From contig JBPOGH010000001.1 in assembly GCA_051252135.1 (NCBI GenBank), positions 608,001 through 672,000 of the forward strand: a stretch of 64,000 nt of DNA. Direction: 5' to 3'. This document shows positions 29,286-39,394 of the stretch, in pieces. A program made the translations under genes and the position numbers. Each line of letters opens with the position of its first letter. Position 1 is the first letter of the stretch. This DNA is from Verrucomicrobiaceae bacterium (GTDB lineage: Bacteria; Verrucomicrobiota; Verrucomicrobiia; Verrucomicrobiales; Akkermansiaceae). A model generated the notes under the pieces. That model made no database searches and was not told the origin of the DNA. It saw only the letters and a list, made by a program, of their open reading frames with translations.

Positions 29286-31058
29286 TTATTTCTTTGTGAT
29301 GACCTCGATCTCCGCAATGGTTTCCACGTTCAAGGTAAAGATGAGATGCAGCTCGCCCGAACTTTGAACGACTTCTGTCGAGGCAACCTCGACCTTATTA
29401 AACAGATGCGACTGGTCCAAGCGTGCAATATAGATGGTAAGAGATGTCTCCAGCGAAGTGCGCACTCCCGTGACAACTCCTTTCAAAAGCAGAGTCCCCT
29501 TCCGATCCGCTACCGTTTTATCGGAACCACTCTTGGCACTCTTTGCTGAGGAATCCAAAAACGTGATGGTGCTGCCCATCGCCGCGGAAATATGCAGCAG
29601 CGATATATTCTCAGGGGTAAGTCTTGTGATTTCCGAAAGCAACGCAAGCCCCTCGTATCGGTTGGTCGCCGCCCTCCGCTGCTCTTCGAGCAATCGCACC
29701 TCCTCGTTGGCTTCCGTAATGATGGCCTCGGTCAGTCGGGGTCCTAAGTCATTGAGACTCTCCTCAAGCTCCTCCCGATCGGCTACCAAACCGCGCAACT
29801 CCAAACGTTGAGTGTTATAAAATAAAGCGGCCAACAATGCCAGCAATATCAGGAGCACGGAAGCCACCATTGCGAGCTTATTTTGCCTGCCCTCGTTCTG
29901 ACGATCCTTATAGGTATGGGCGAGATTGATTCCAATCTGACTTCCCTCGAGCGCCAAACCGAAAGCCGGGCCAAAGGCAATCCGATCTACTTTATCACCC
30001 GGAAGGGAGGACTTCGCTTGCAACTCCGGCGTGTCAAAAGGATCGAGCGCAACCACCTTGGGCAAGAGTTTCTCGGAGATAAAATCAAACAACTTCCCTC
30101 TCGCCCCAATCTCTCCACCAAGGAAAATCGTCTCCATTGGCTCAGTGTCGAAATTACTTTGGTAATACTCGATCGTTCGCTCGATTTGCCGGACAGTGCG
30201 CTCCAGAACCGGACGAAGCAAAGTGAAAGCCTTCTCATGCTCTCCGCGCTCATCCGGGGTAAACGGCGCCTCGTCACGACCGAGATTAAGAATAATGTTA
30301 CAAGCCTCTTTCTGGTTCAGTGTCGAATCAGGTTCCTTGACAATCGACTCCGCGAGACTTTCGAGTCCCAACGGAATATTTCGCGTGAAAACAAGTCGCC
30401 CTTCGAGGAGAACGCTCACACTTGTGGAGAGCTGTCCCATCTGGCAGAGCAATTTCGGTGCCGTCCCGCCCCCTTCCCCACGAAGCTTAACGAGATTGCG
30501 CAAAGCCAAGAGAGGCAGCCCGATTCCGGTCAATGGATAACCCGCTTCAGAAAACGCCTTCTGGATATCCTCGACACATTCCCGGTCAACGAGCGCACCG
30601 GTGATGTTCAGAATAGCATCGGATTCTTCTCCCTCCTCAATCTGAAAATCTACTACCGTCTCATTCTCGAGAAATGAGTCTTCGCGTTGAAGCTTCCAAA
30701 ACACCGCCCCCGAAAGCTGGGCCGGACTCACTCTCGGGATTTTAAGGTGATGAAGGCGAGCTCGATCCAGCTTGGGAGCAGCCCAGATCGCAAACTCCTT
30801 CAACGAACCGCAAAACTCTTTCAATGCCGCCTTTAAGATCGAAGAAAACGCGGAGGTTCCCGGCGTTAAATTCGGATCGAACTCGAATGCCCGACATTTC
30901 TCGAAAAACACTTCCCCGTCAGCGAGCATTTTCAGCTGTACCATATAGATGGTATTATGTCCGATCTCGACCCCCACAGTCGTGTTTGGACGCGCGAAGC
31001 GCCTGGAGGTTTTCGCCGAATTTCGTTTTGAAATAGCCGGGCTACTGGGTTCAGTCAT
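29286..31058 (-). CDS. PilM-PilN fusion protein
   Basis: VGVEIG and IFLGG actin-like PilM motifs, AFGLAL...INL, TM helix, then LLSEITRLTPENISL PilN-like domain. Confidence 0.75.
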   Translation of the reverse strand: MTEPSSPAISKRNSAKTSRRFARPNTTVGVEIGHNTIYMVQLKMLADGEVFFEKCRAFEFDPNLTPGTSAFSSILKAALKEFCGSLKEFAIWAAPKLDRARLHHLKIPRVSPAQLSGAVFWKLQREDSFLENETVVDFQIEEGEESDAILNITGALVDRECVEDIQKAFSEAGYPLTGIGLPLLALRNLVKLRGEGGGTAPKLLCQMGQLSTSVSVLLEGRLVFTRNIPLGLESLAESIVKEPDSTLNQKEACNIILNLGRDEAPFTPDERGEHEKAFTLLRPVLERTVRQIERTIEYYQSNFDTEPMETIFLGGEIGARGKLFDFISEKLLPKVVALDPFDTPELQAKSSLPGDKVDRIAFGPAFGLALEGSQIGINLAHTYKDRQNEGRQNKLAMVASVLLILLALLAALFYNTQRLELRGLVADREELEESLNDLGPRLTEAIITEANEEVRLLEEQRRAATNRYEGLALLSEITRLTPENISLLHISAAMGSTITFLDSSAKSAKSGSDKTVADRKGTLLLKGVVTGVRTSLETSLTIYIARLDQSHLFNKVEVASTEVVQSSGELHLIFTLNVETIAEIEVITKK

Positions 31059-31330
31059 TCTGGGTGTTTAGACGTAATTACCTGATGGAGACGAGATTGC
31101 AAAGGGAATTCCTTCTGGAGCAACGCTCCTGAAACCGCCATTGAATTGAGTTACCTATAATTAAAGATGCCATCACCGCTCTTTATGAAGATTATTTAAA
31201 ATAACCGTTAATATTACTCACTTTTTTTAGTTTTTAATAAAAACCCCATAACCTACAGGTAGATTAATCCAAAAATCTAATCATTCCGAAAATAGCCCCC
31301 ATCGATTCGTCCTCATCAACCTTGCTTGCC
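31059..31330. promoter_or_regulatory. AT-rich divergent promoter region
   Basis: Very AT-rich non-coding stretch between divergent pilMN and sulfatase genes. Confidence 0.5.
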
Positions 31331-31501
31331 ACAATCCCGAACAGCTGCAGCATTCGCGCACTGCTCGGAAAATCCTGCGAGATAGGGTGAAATCTCCCCC
31401 TCTCCTATGACCTCTTGCTCGAACGGCTGTTTAACTCCGTTTTTGGGAGTGATTCCCCCCTCCTCAAGATGCACCATCCAAGAAACCACCGAACCGACCT
31501 C

Positions 31502-33085
31502 ATGATTAAAGAAGCCCTCACCATTTTCTCGGCCTTGACCTTCGGCTGTTCAGCCGCCGATCACCCTAACATCATTTTCATGTTCTCGGACGATCACGCC
31601 GAGCACGCCATTTCCGCTTACGGCTCCAAGGTAAACCAAACCCCTCACCTCGACCGCCTCGCCTCCGATGGCGCCCGCTTCACCAACTCCTTCGTAACCA
31701 ACTCCATCTGCACTCCCAGCCGCGCCACCCTCCTCACCGGTCAATACTCCCACCTCAACGGAGTCCCGGTATTCAATCAATTCGACCCCTCACGTGACAC
31801 CGTCGCCAAGCACATGCAACAAGGCGGTTACCACACCGGCATGATCGGAAAATGGCACCTCGGCAGCGACCCCGTCGGCTTCGACCGCTGGATCGTTCTC
31901 CCGGGACAAGGCGCCTACTGGAACCCCACCTTCCTCACAAAAGCCCAAAAATTTACCATCGAGGGCCACTGCACCGACATCACCGGCGACCTCGGAGTCG
32001 AATTCCTCAAGACCCGCCCCAAGGACAAACCATTCTTCCTCATGCTCCACCAAAAAGCCCCCCACCGGGCTTGGGAGCCGGACGAGCGCAATAGAGCTCT
32101 CTTCAAAGACCGCATCATCCCTGAGCCCGACACCCTCTTCGATGACTACGCCACCCGCCCCGCAGCCCTCCCTGAGAACCAACAGACCGTCGCCAAAGAC
32201 CTCACTCGCCGCGATCTCAAACTCATCCCACCAGCCGATCTCAAAGGTCCTGAACTTCGCAAATGGCTCGGCGTAAAGCCCACCGAGCTCGTCATCAACG
32301 GCGATACCCTTACCGGCAAAGAACTCATCAAATGGAAATACCAGAAATACATGCGCGACTACCTCGCCTGCGTGCAGGGCGTCGATGACAACGTCGGCAA
32401 AGTCCTCGACTACCTCGAGCAATCCGGCCTCTCAGAAAACACCATCGTCATCTACTCCTCCGATAACGGCTGGTTCCTCGGTGACCAGGGACTCTACGAC
32501 AAACGCTTCATGTATGAGCCCGGCCTCCACGTCCCCCTCCTCGCCCGCGGACCCGGCATCAGCAAAGGAATCACCCCCGACCAGTTCGTCGGAAACATCG
32601 ACCTCGCCCCCACTTTCCTCGATTTTGCCGGGCTCCCCGTCCCCTCCTTCATGCAAGGCCGTAGCCTCGCGCCCCTCCTCCGTGGTGAATCCCCCGCCGG
32701 CTGGCGCCAGACCTTCTACTACCGCTACTACCACAGCCCCGGACATCACAACACCGTTGCCCACCTCGGCGTCCGCACCAAAACCCACAAGCTCATCCAC
32801 TACTGGGATCGCGATGCCTATGAACTCTTCGACCTCATCAATGACCCGAATGAGCAAACCAACCTCCTCTTCTCGGATGCCACTTCCCAGAAACCCGAGG
32901 TCAAAAAACTCTTCCGCGAACTGAAAGCGGAAATCGTCCGACTCCAAAAAGAGTTCAAAGACGACGGCCAATATGCCCACCCCGCCGACTGGCCCAAGAA
33001 CTCCTCCGACCGACCCGCGCAGCGCAAGGCCATCGGAAAAATCAAGGTCGCCGACGCCATCAGGCTGGTCTCACAAAAGAACTAA
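31502..33085 (+). CDS. Sulfatase (formylglycine-dependent)
   Basis: PNIIFMFSDD, CTPSRATLLTG, GKWHLG, SSDNG; start taken at ATG 31502. Confidence 0.93.
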   Translation: MIKEALTIFSALTFGCSAADHPNIIFMFSDDHAEHAISAYGSKVNQTPHLDRLASDGARFTNSFVTNSICTPSRATLLTGQYSHLNGVPVFNQFDPSRDTVAKHMQQGGYHTGMIGKWHLGSDPVGFDRWIVLPGQGAYWNPTFLTKAQKFTIEGHCTDITGDLGVEFLKTRPKDKPFFLMLHQKAPHRAWEPDERNRALFKDRIIPEPDTLFDDYATRPAALPENQQTVAKDLTRRDLKLIPPADLKGPELRKWLGVKPTELVINGDTLTGKELIKWKYQKYMRDYLACVQGVDDNVGKVLDYLEQSGLSENTIVIYSSDNGWFLGDQGLYDKRFMYEPGLHVPLLARGPGISKGITPDQFVGNIDLAPTFLDFAGLPVPSFMQGRSLAPLLRGESPAGWRQTFYYRYYHSPGHHNTVAHLGVRTKTHKLIHYWDRDAYELFDLINDPNEQTNLLFSDATSQKPEVKKLFRELKAEIVRLQKEFKDDGQYAHPADWPKNSSDRPAQRKAIGKIKVADAIRLVSQKN

Positions 33086-34848
33086 CGCTTCCGCAAGTTC
33101 AACAGCCGAATATCCGCCACCATCTTCCCGGGAATCTCAAGGGCGCGCAGCGAAAGCCTGCCCTGCCCTTTCTCGAGTCGGATCGTCCCCATATTCAAGA
33201 CCCGAAAATCCTTCACCAGCGATTCCGTCCGTGGCGACCGATCCTGCTCCGCCCCTATCAATGGCGGATCATGCGCCACCTCGATTGACGAAACAACCTT
33301 CGCCCCGTTCAGATCATAGCTCAATTCTATCTTCGAACCCACATCAGCAGCCGGACACGTATAATGAAGCTCCACTTCATAGTCCCCTCCTGTCGCCACC
33401 TCCACATCCCAAAAAATCCGATCCTCCGGCTTCGTCCAGTTCAGAAAAAACGAACAGTTCGGGTGAATCGATGATCTCTTCACCTCACCCGAACTCTTCC
33501 CATCGCGGCTCGGCAACTGGTTGTCGATCCCACCGGGATACCCCACCAAAAATGGACGCAGCTCCTTCCGCTCGCCCCGATTCGGCAAGGTCGCGCGCCA
33601 AGCACCCAACTCCTCCGTGAGCGACTTGGCAACCTCCGGCAATTCCTTCGCCAAATCCTTCCGCTGCCCGGGATCAGCTTTCATATCGAAAATCTCTCCC
33701 CGATCAGAAAGCCGATACCGCTCCGTCCTCAGCGAGAAACGATTCGCCCACGTCGAAAAGATTGTCCGCTCCGGCCAATCCACATCCACTCCGGTTAGAA
33801 GTGGCTTCAGACTCACCCCGTCGATCGGGTTCGGCTCATCCCGTTGAATCCCCGTCAACTCCGCCAAGGTCGGGAAAATATCAATCGCCGCCCCCATCTC
33901 CCCAACCCGGCGTCCCGCAGGAATCTGCCCCGGCCAACGAATCAAAAATGGCACCCGCAGCCCCCCTTCGTCATTTGTCCCCTTCTTCCCCTTCATCCCC
34001 CCGTTCCAGCGATTCCCATTCGGCCCGTTGTCCGAAAAGTAGATCACGATCGTATCCTTCTCCAGCTTCAGATCCTCCAACTGCTTGAGCACCCGCCCCA
34101 CGTTCCAGTCAATATTCTCCACCATCGCCAGAGCCGCCCGCTTATGTGCCTGATCCTCCTTTTTCGGCTCGCGATGAATCATCTTGAGTTCTTTCCCCTT
34201 AAAACGATCCCAGAATTCATCCGGAACCTGCATCGGCGAATGCGGCGTGCAATACGGCAGATAAGCGAGGAACGGCTTTCCTCCCTCTGCCTGCTCCTTG
34301 ATGAAACCCATCGCCTTCGTCGTGAGATCATCCGTCAGGTAACCATCCCCCTTCACCACCCGCCCGTTGTGATCAAGCGACGGGCTGAAATAGTGACCCC
34401 AGTGACCCGAAGTGAATCCGTAGAACTCGTCATACCCCCGCGTGTTCGGATGATTGGGATACTGCGTTCCGTTGTGCCATTTGCCGAAAGCTCCCGTCGC
34501 ATACCCCGCCTTCTTGAAAGCCTCCCCCAAGGTAAACTCATCAATGTTCAGCCGCTCCCTCCCAGTTGACACCCCGCTCACTCCCGTCCTCGGATGATAC
34601 CTTCCCGTAAAAAACTCCGCCCGTGTCGGCGCACACACCGCACACACAAAAAAGCGATCAAACTGCGCTCCATCCTTCGCCAGCGAATCAATGTGCGGCG
34701 TATTCAAATCCACATTCCCATGAAGAGACAAGTCTCCCCACCCTTGATCGTCCGCCAAAAAAATCACCACATTGGGATGCTTCCCGAAGGCAGCGGAAAC
34801 ACCCACCGCCAACACCCCGAACAATCGAATCAAGCTTCTCTTCATCAT
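33082..34848 (-). CDS. Arylsulfatase family protein with C-terminal beta domain
   Basis: PNVVIFLADD, CAPTRAEFFTG, GKWHNG, FSDNG; start taken at ATG 34848. Confidence 0.93.
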   Translation of the reverse strand: MMKRSLIRLFGVLAVGVSAAFGKHPNVVIFLADDQGWGDLSLHGNVDLNTPHIDSLAKDGAQFDRFFVCAVCAPTRAEFFTGRYHPRTGVSGVSTGRERLNIDEFTLGEAFKKAGYATGAFGKWHNGTQYPNHPNTRGYDEFYGFTSGHWGHYFSPSLDHNGRVVKGDGYLTDDLTTKAMGFIKEQAEGGKPFLAYLPYCTPHSPMQVPDEFWDRFKGKELKMIHREPKKEDQAHKRAALAMVENIDWNVGRVLKQLEDLKLEKDTIVIYFSDNGPNGNRWNGGMKGKKGTNDEGGLRVPFLIRWPGQIPAGRRVGEMGAAIDIFPTLAELTGIQRDEPNPIDGVSLKPLLTGVDVDWPERTIFSTWANRFSLRTERYRLSDRGEIFDMKADPGQRKDLAKELPEVAKSLTEELGAWRATLPNRGERKELRPFLVGYPGGIDNQLPSRDGKSSGEVKRSSIHPNCSFFLNWTKPEDRIFWDVEVATGGDYEVELHYTCPAADVGSKIELSYDLNGAKVVSSIEVAHDPPLIGAEQDRSPRTESLVKDFRVLNMGTIRLEKGQGRLSLRALEIPGKMVADIRLLNLRKR

Positions 34849-34861
34849 CAAAAAAATCACC

Positions 34862-36037
34862 TTATCGGCTCTTAAAAACATAAACCCCTTTCTTGTTTCC
34901 CACCCCAAGGTCCGTCTTCCCGTCCCCATTCACATCCGCCGCCGCAAGCTGCGTCCCCGCCCCCGAATCGGAATCCACCAGATGCGGCACAAACTCCGCC
35001 TTCCCGTCCTTCCGCCTCAGCTCATACCAATAAAGCACCGCCGCTCCGCCCGCATCAGGATCGTTCCCATTGTGCGCAAAATACCGCTTCCCCGTCGCAA
35101 AATCAGTCAGCCCATCACCATTAAAATCACCCGCCACCAGTGAGTGCGCCTGCGTAAACACCACCCCGCCAACTCCAGCTGACTTGTCCTCCGGAATCAG
35201 CACGTGCCGCGTAAACTTCAGCCCGTCATTCTCAAACCACGCCAAGCCCCAGGCATGCCCCGCCAGGCTCGTCACCACATCCTGATCCCCGTCACCATCC
35301 ACATCGTAAACCAGCATCTGCGCTCCTCCGTTCACCGAGAAGAGATACGGATGAAACGTCCACTTTTTCCCGCTCATCGGATTCTCCGGCCCCTCATACC
35401 AGCCTCCCTTTTCCAAAACATCCACCCGCCCGTCCCCATTCAAATCACCAAAGCCCAAGCCGTGATAATAAGGCGACTTCGCCCGTTCCTTAGAGATCGC
35501 ATGAAACACCCAAGGGTTCTCCGGCGCACTCCAATCAGGCTGAAAAAAGCCAAACTTCCCCTCCTGCATCGCCACCAATTCTTCCTTCCCGTCACCCGTC
35601 ACATCCGCCAACTCCGGCGACTCATTCCCCATCTTCGTCACCACCCGATACCGGGGCCATTCCTCCGACCTCTCTTTGGGCTGCAGATAAAGATCGAGGT
35701 GAAAATTCCCATCATGGGACACCTGAAACACATCCGCCCGCCCATCCCCGTTCATATCCCGCACCCAACTCTGAAACGAATTGTGCGCATACCCCTTCGC
35801 CGGCACCGCCTCCCCGGCCCGATACCGATGACTCACCTTGAAATCCGGCCCCGCCCACCAAAGCGGCCCTGCCAACAAATCAATCTGCCCATCTCCATCC
35901 ACGTCCCCAAATGACGCACCCTCCGTGTAAACTCCCTCACTTAAGACAATACGTTCATAGCTCGACCCCGCATCCTCCCGGGCCGCCACCACCACCAGAA
36001 CAAGCCCCAGCGGACCGAATAGATTGATTGCTTTCAT
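34862..36037 (-). CDS. FG-GAP/VCBS repeat protein
   Basis: Seven DxxGDGxxD-type repeats; signal peptide. Confidence 0.88.
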   Translation of the reverse strand: MKAINLFGPLGLVLVVVAAREDAGSSYERIVLSEGVYTEGASFGDVDGDGQIDLLAGPLWWAGPDFKVSHRYRAGEAVPAKGYAHNSFQSWVRDMNGDGRADVFQVSHDGNFHLDLYLQPKERSEEWPRYRVVTKMGNESPELADVTGDGKEELVAMQEGKFGFFQPDWSAPENPWVFHAISKERAKSPYYHGLGFGDLNGDGRVDVLEKGGWYEGPENPMSGKKWTFHPYLFSVNGGAQMLVYDVDGDGDQDVVTSLAGHAWGLAWFENDGLKFTRHVLIPEDKSAGVGGVVFTQAHSLVAGDFNGDGLTDFATGKRYFAHNGNDPDAGGAAVLYWYELRRKDGKAEFVPHLVDSDSGAGTQLAAADVNGDGKTDLGVGNKKGVYVFKSR

Positions 36038-36046
36038 ATCATTAAA

Positions 36047-39000
36047 TCACTTTTTCATCACCTCGATCACAATGCCTTCCGGGCGATAAGCCGAGTTCAC
36101 CACCACCGTAAAACGATCCTTCTCCCCACCACCCGTAATCGTCACCTCGGCAGCCCCCTTCTCCGGAAGCTCAATTTCCTTTTCCCCATCAAAAAGATGC
36201 ATCAAGCGCGTCTCATCGATCTTAAGAACCACCGGCCCGTCCCCACCCACTCCAAACCGTGCCACCCCGTAACGATTCAGCCCCCTCCCAACAACCTGCG
36301 GCATCTCCCCGGTTGGCAACTCTCCACTCACCAAGCTCCCCATTGGCACCCACGAATACCCTGCGAAGCGCTCCGCAAAAATCTTCTCCCCAAGATGACC
36401 AATCAAATCCTTGGTTCTCTCGTGCGGCTGCAAGACCTGCCAATTCCGAATCACCGGCTTCGCTCCCACCTTAAAATCGCCCTCTTTCCCGAGCTCCGAA
36501 AGAAAACGCACTAAATCAACAAACTCATCTTCCCGCAGCGATGCCGTCAGCCCCGGAGGCATCATCGACACCGGACTCACCACCTTCTCTTTCACATCCA
36601 CCGTCGGAATCCTGATCATCCCGCCCAGCGAATCACGTAAGGTAATTTCCTGTTCTCCTTCGCTCACCAACCCTCCCGTAAACGAGTTCCCATCCTTCGT
36701 TGTGACCAGGGTCGTATGGTAACCCTCTTTGATCTTATCACTCGGAATGAGCATCGAGTTCACCAGATAGTCTACCGGCGCACTTCCTCCGATGCTCACC
36801 AAATTGGGCCCCACCAACCCGCCGCTGACCCCGATCGCATGGCACACCGTGCACTGCAGTTCAGGCCTCCGGTAAATCCGTTCTCCCTTGTGCGGATCAC
36901 CCTCGGTATTGATACGCTCCACCATCGCCTTCATCTCTTCAGGCCCCAACTGCTGCGCCATCGGCTTCAGGTCTCCCGCCTTCTCAAAAGCCTGAATCAA
37001 ATCCTGTGGCGGTCTCCCGCTCGTTCCCGCCCGCTGCACTCCAAGAACCGCCACTGCTCGAGGTAAACGTTGACCATCAAGAGCCTTGGCCAGCGCGGTC
37101 GACGCACCTGCATTCTTCAAAAAGACATCAATCAGTCCCCCAAAATCCGCTCCATCCTCGCCTTGAAAAACAATCACCGCACCCTTCGCCGCCCGCCCCG
37201 GAGCCAGCATCGCCAGCTCTCTCACCGCCAACTCGCGAATCACCGCATTCCCATCCTCCCGAATCACCTCCTCAAAGAGCCCCATCGCCTCCACCCCACC
37301 AAAACAACGCAAGCCCTCAGCAGCCTCGCCCCTCAACCCCGGATCATTCGAGTCATCCAACAACACGCCCTTCAACCTCTCAAAAGAACCAGCCGCCTTC
37401 CACAGACCCGCCAAGGTCGCTGCGCTCCCAAAACTCCCCCGCTTCGCACCATCCAGATAACCAACAATCTTCTCCTTCCCCCCGGCCGGCTCCATCTTCC
37501 GGTTCCTCTTCGCCTCAATCAACGCATCCAGCACTTCCACCCCGCCTCCCGCCAGCTCAAAAAGTCGGCCCAAATCCGCCGGCGTCCCCACTTTGGCAAT
37601 CGCCGATATCGCCTCACTCCGATCAGCCCCCGTCAACGCCCCGCTCTCAAGCCCCTCAAAAACACTCGCCAAACTCAGCGGCTTCTCCAGAGCCGAAATC
37701 GCAAACAACAGCTGCGTCAATTTCCCCTGAAAACTCAGCTCGCCCGATTCAAACAAAGGCACCCACTCCTTTTCGTGCTCCCGCACAATCGACCACAGCG
37801 CAAAGTCCAGGGTCTCGTCCATCGGTTGATCCAGCACCCGCAGAGCAGTCGACACCGACACCCCGCTCGGACGCTGCGCCAAACAACTCACCGCCCACAG
37901 ACGCACCTGCGCGCTCTCATCATCCACCGCCTCCGCGATCAACCCATCCACTTCCGGAATCTCCTCATGCCGATGATACACCACCCGCATCGCCGCCGCC
38001 CGAATCCTCGCATCACTCGACCCCAACAACTTCCGAATCAACCCAACCTCCGTCACATTCAAGGACTGAAACGTCCACAATGCCTCCAGTAAATCAGCGT
38101 CATCATTCTGCTTCCCCGCCCATTCCCGCAGCGCCGGCAACACATCGCCACCCCGATGCCTCAGCTCCTGCCTCGCAAAGTCCCGCTGTGTTCTCTCCTT
38201 CGACGTCAACAATCCCAACAGCGCATCCGTCTCAGCCTTTCGAATCTCCACCTTTCCGACCAGGCCACGATCCCGAAACGTCACCCGCCATATCCGGCCA
38301 TGCACATGGTCCCGACGCTCATCCCGGAAGTCCACCTCCCCGTGCTGAATAATCGGGTTATACCAATCCGCAATGTAAACCGCCCCATCCGGCCCCATCT
38401 TCACATCGATCGGACGAAAGGCCCGATGCTCACTGCTCAAAAAATCAGCCAGTTGGGTCGACTCATACGAACTCCCTTTCGGAGAAAGCCGATACGCGTT
38501 GATCCGGTGCCCCCGAAAATCCGGTGCCACCATCACCCCCCGCCACTCCTCCGGTACATGACTCCCCGAAAGAATCTCCAGCCCGCACAACTTCGGCTGA
38601 CCCGGATTTAATCCCCGAATCACCCGCTTCGCTCCCGGCGACGTCACCCCCACCGCTCTCGGAAAAATAAAATTGATCCCGTCACCGCCCGCTCCATCCG
38701 TCGCAAACGATTGCCCGTAATCATCAAAGACCAAACCCCACGGATTCACCAGACCCTTCGAGAGCACCTCGGCCCTCCCCGTCTCAGGACGATAATGCCA
38801 AATCCCGCCCCCCATCAAACGACGCACCCCGTGCGGCGTCTCCAGATGGCTGTGGATATAAATCGACTGCAAAAAATACAACATCCCCCCCGGACCCTGT
38901 CGAAAGGTGTGCACCAGGTGATGCGTGTCCTCGGTTCCAAATCCCGAAAGCACCACCCGCCGCTCATCCGCCACCAGGTCACCATCGGTATCCTTCAGAA

Positions 39001-39394
39001 ACAAAATTTCGGTCGAGTTCGCCACATACACACCTCCATCCGCAGGCAGCACCGCCGTCGGAATGTGAAGGTCATCTGCAAACACCGTTCGCTTGTCAGC
39101 CACCCCGTCGCCATCAGTATCCTCCAACACCAGAAGCTGATCATTCTCTTCCGCCCCCGGCACGATGTGCGGATAGGTCCCGCTCGAGACCACCCAAAGC
39201 CGACCCTCGGCATCCCAGTTCATCTGAACCGGCTTCGAGATCATCGGATCGGAAGCGAACAAGTTGATCTCCATCCCCTCCGGCAAGTTGAATGCCGCCG
39301 CCTGCTTCACCGGATCGGGATCAGGAATATCACGCAAGCCATTCTGCGCCTGCGCCCCAATCCCACTCAGTAAAATAAATACTCCAATCTTCAT
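36047..39394 (-). CDS. PVC-type heme-binding CxxCH protein (propeller, HEAT repeats, cytochrome c)
   Basis: LEDTDGDGVAD, FRPIDVKMGPDGAVYIADWYN, HEAT-like region, CTVCH, SMMPPGL. Confidence 0.9.
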   Translation of the reverse strand: MKIGVFILLSGIGAQAQNGLRDIPDPDPVKQAAAFNLPEGMEINLFASDPMISKPVQMNWDAEGRLWVVSSGTYPHIVPGAEENDQLLVLEDTDGDGVADKRTVFADDLHIPTAVLPADGGVYVANSTEILFLKDTDGDLVADERRVVLSGFGTEDTHHLVHTFRQGPGGMLYFLQSIYIHSHLETPHGVRRLMGGGIWHYRPETGRAEVLSKGLVNPWGLVFDDYGQSFATDGAGGDGINFIFPRAVGVTSPGAKRVIRGLNPGQPKLCGLEILSGSHVPEEWRGVMVAPDFRGHRINAYRLSPKGSSYESTQLADFLSSEHRAFRPIDVKMGPDGAVYIADWYNPIIQHGEVDFRDERRDHVHGRIWRVTFRDRGLVGKVEIRKAETDALLGLLTSKERTQRDFARQELRHRGGDVLPALREWAGKQNDDADLLEALWTFQSLNVTEVGLIRKLLGSSDARIRAAAMRVVYHRHEEIPEVDGLIAEAVDDESAQVRLWAVSCLAQRPSGVSVSTALRVLDQPMDETLDFALWSIVREHEKEWVPLFESGELSFQGKLTQLLFAISALEKPLSLASVFEGLESGALTGADRSEAISAIAKVGTPADLGRLFELAGGGVEVLDALIEAKRNRKMEPAGGKEKIVGYLDGAKRGSFGSAATLAGLWKAAGSFERLKGVLLDDSNDPGLRGEAAEGLRCFGGVEAMGLFEEVIREDGNAVIRELAVRELAMLAPGRAAKGAVIVFQGEDGADFGGLIDVFLKNAGASTALAKALDGQRLPRAVAVLGVQRAGTSGRPPQDLIQAFEKAGDLKPMAQQLGPEEMKAMVERINTEGDPHKGERIYRRPELQCTVCHAIGVSGGLVGPNLVSIGGSAPVDYLVNSMLIPSDKIKEGYHTTLVTTKDGNSFTGGLVSEGEQEITLRDSLGGMIRIPTVDVKEKVVSPVSMMPPGLTASLREDEFVDLVRFLSELGKEGDFKVGAKPVIRNWQVLQPHERTKDLIGHLGEKIFAERFAGYSWVPMGSLVSGELPTGEMPQVVGRGLNRYGVARFGVGGDGPVVLKIDETRLMHLFDGEKEIELPEKGAAEVTITGGGEKDRFTVVVNSAYRPEGIVIEVMKK

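Noticed and set aside
16762..31058. Cluster as a type II secretion system exporting the tail-bearing proteins
   Set aside because: PilT and PilQ/PilMNOP organisation indicate a retractile pilus, and its atypical composition contrasts with host-like cargo genes; adjacency alone is not evidence.
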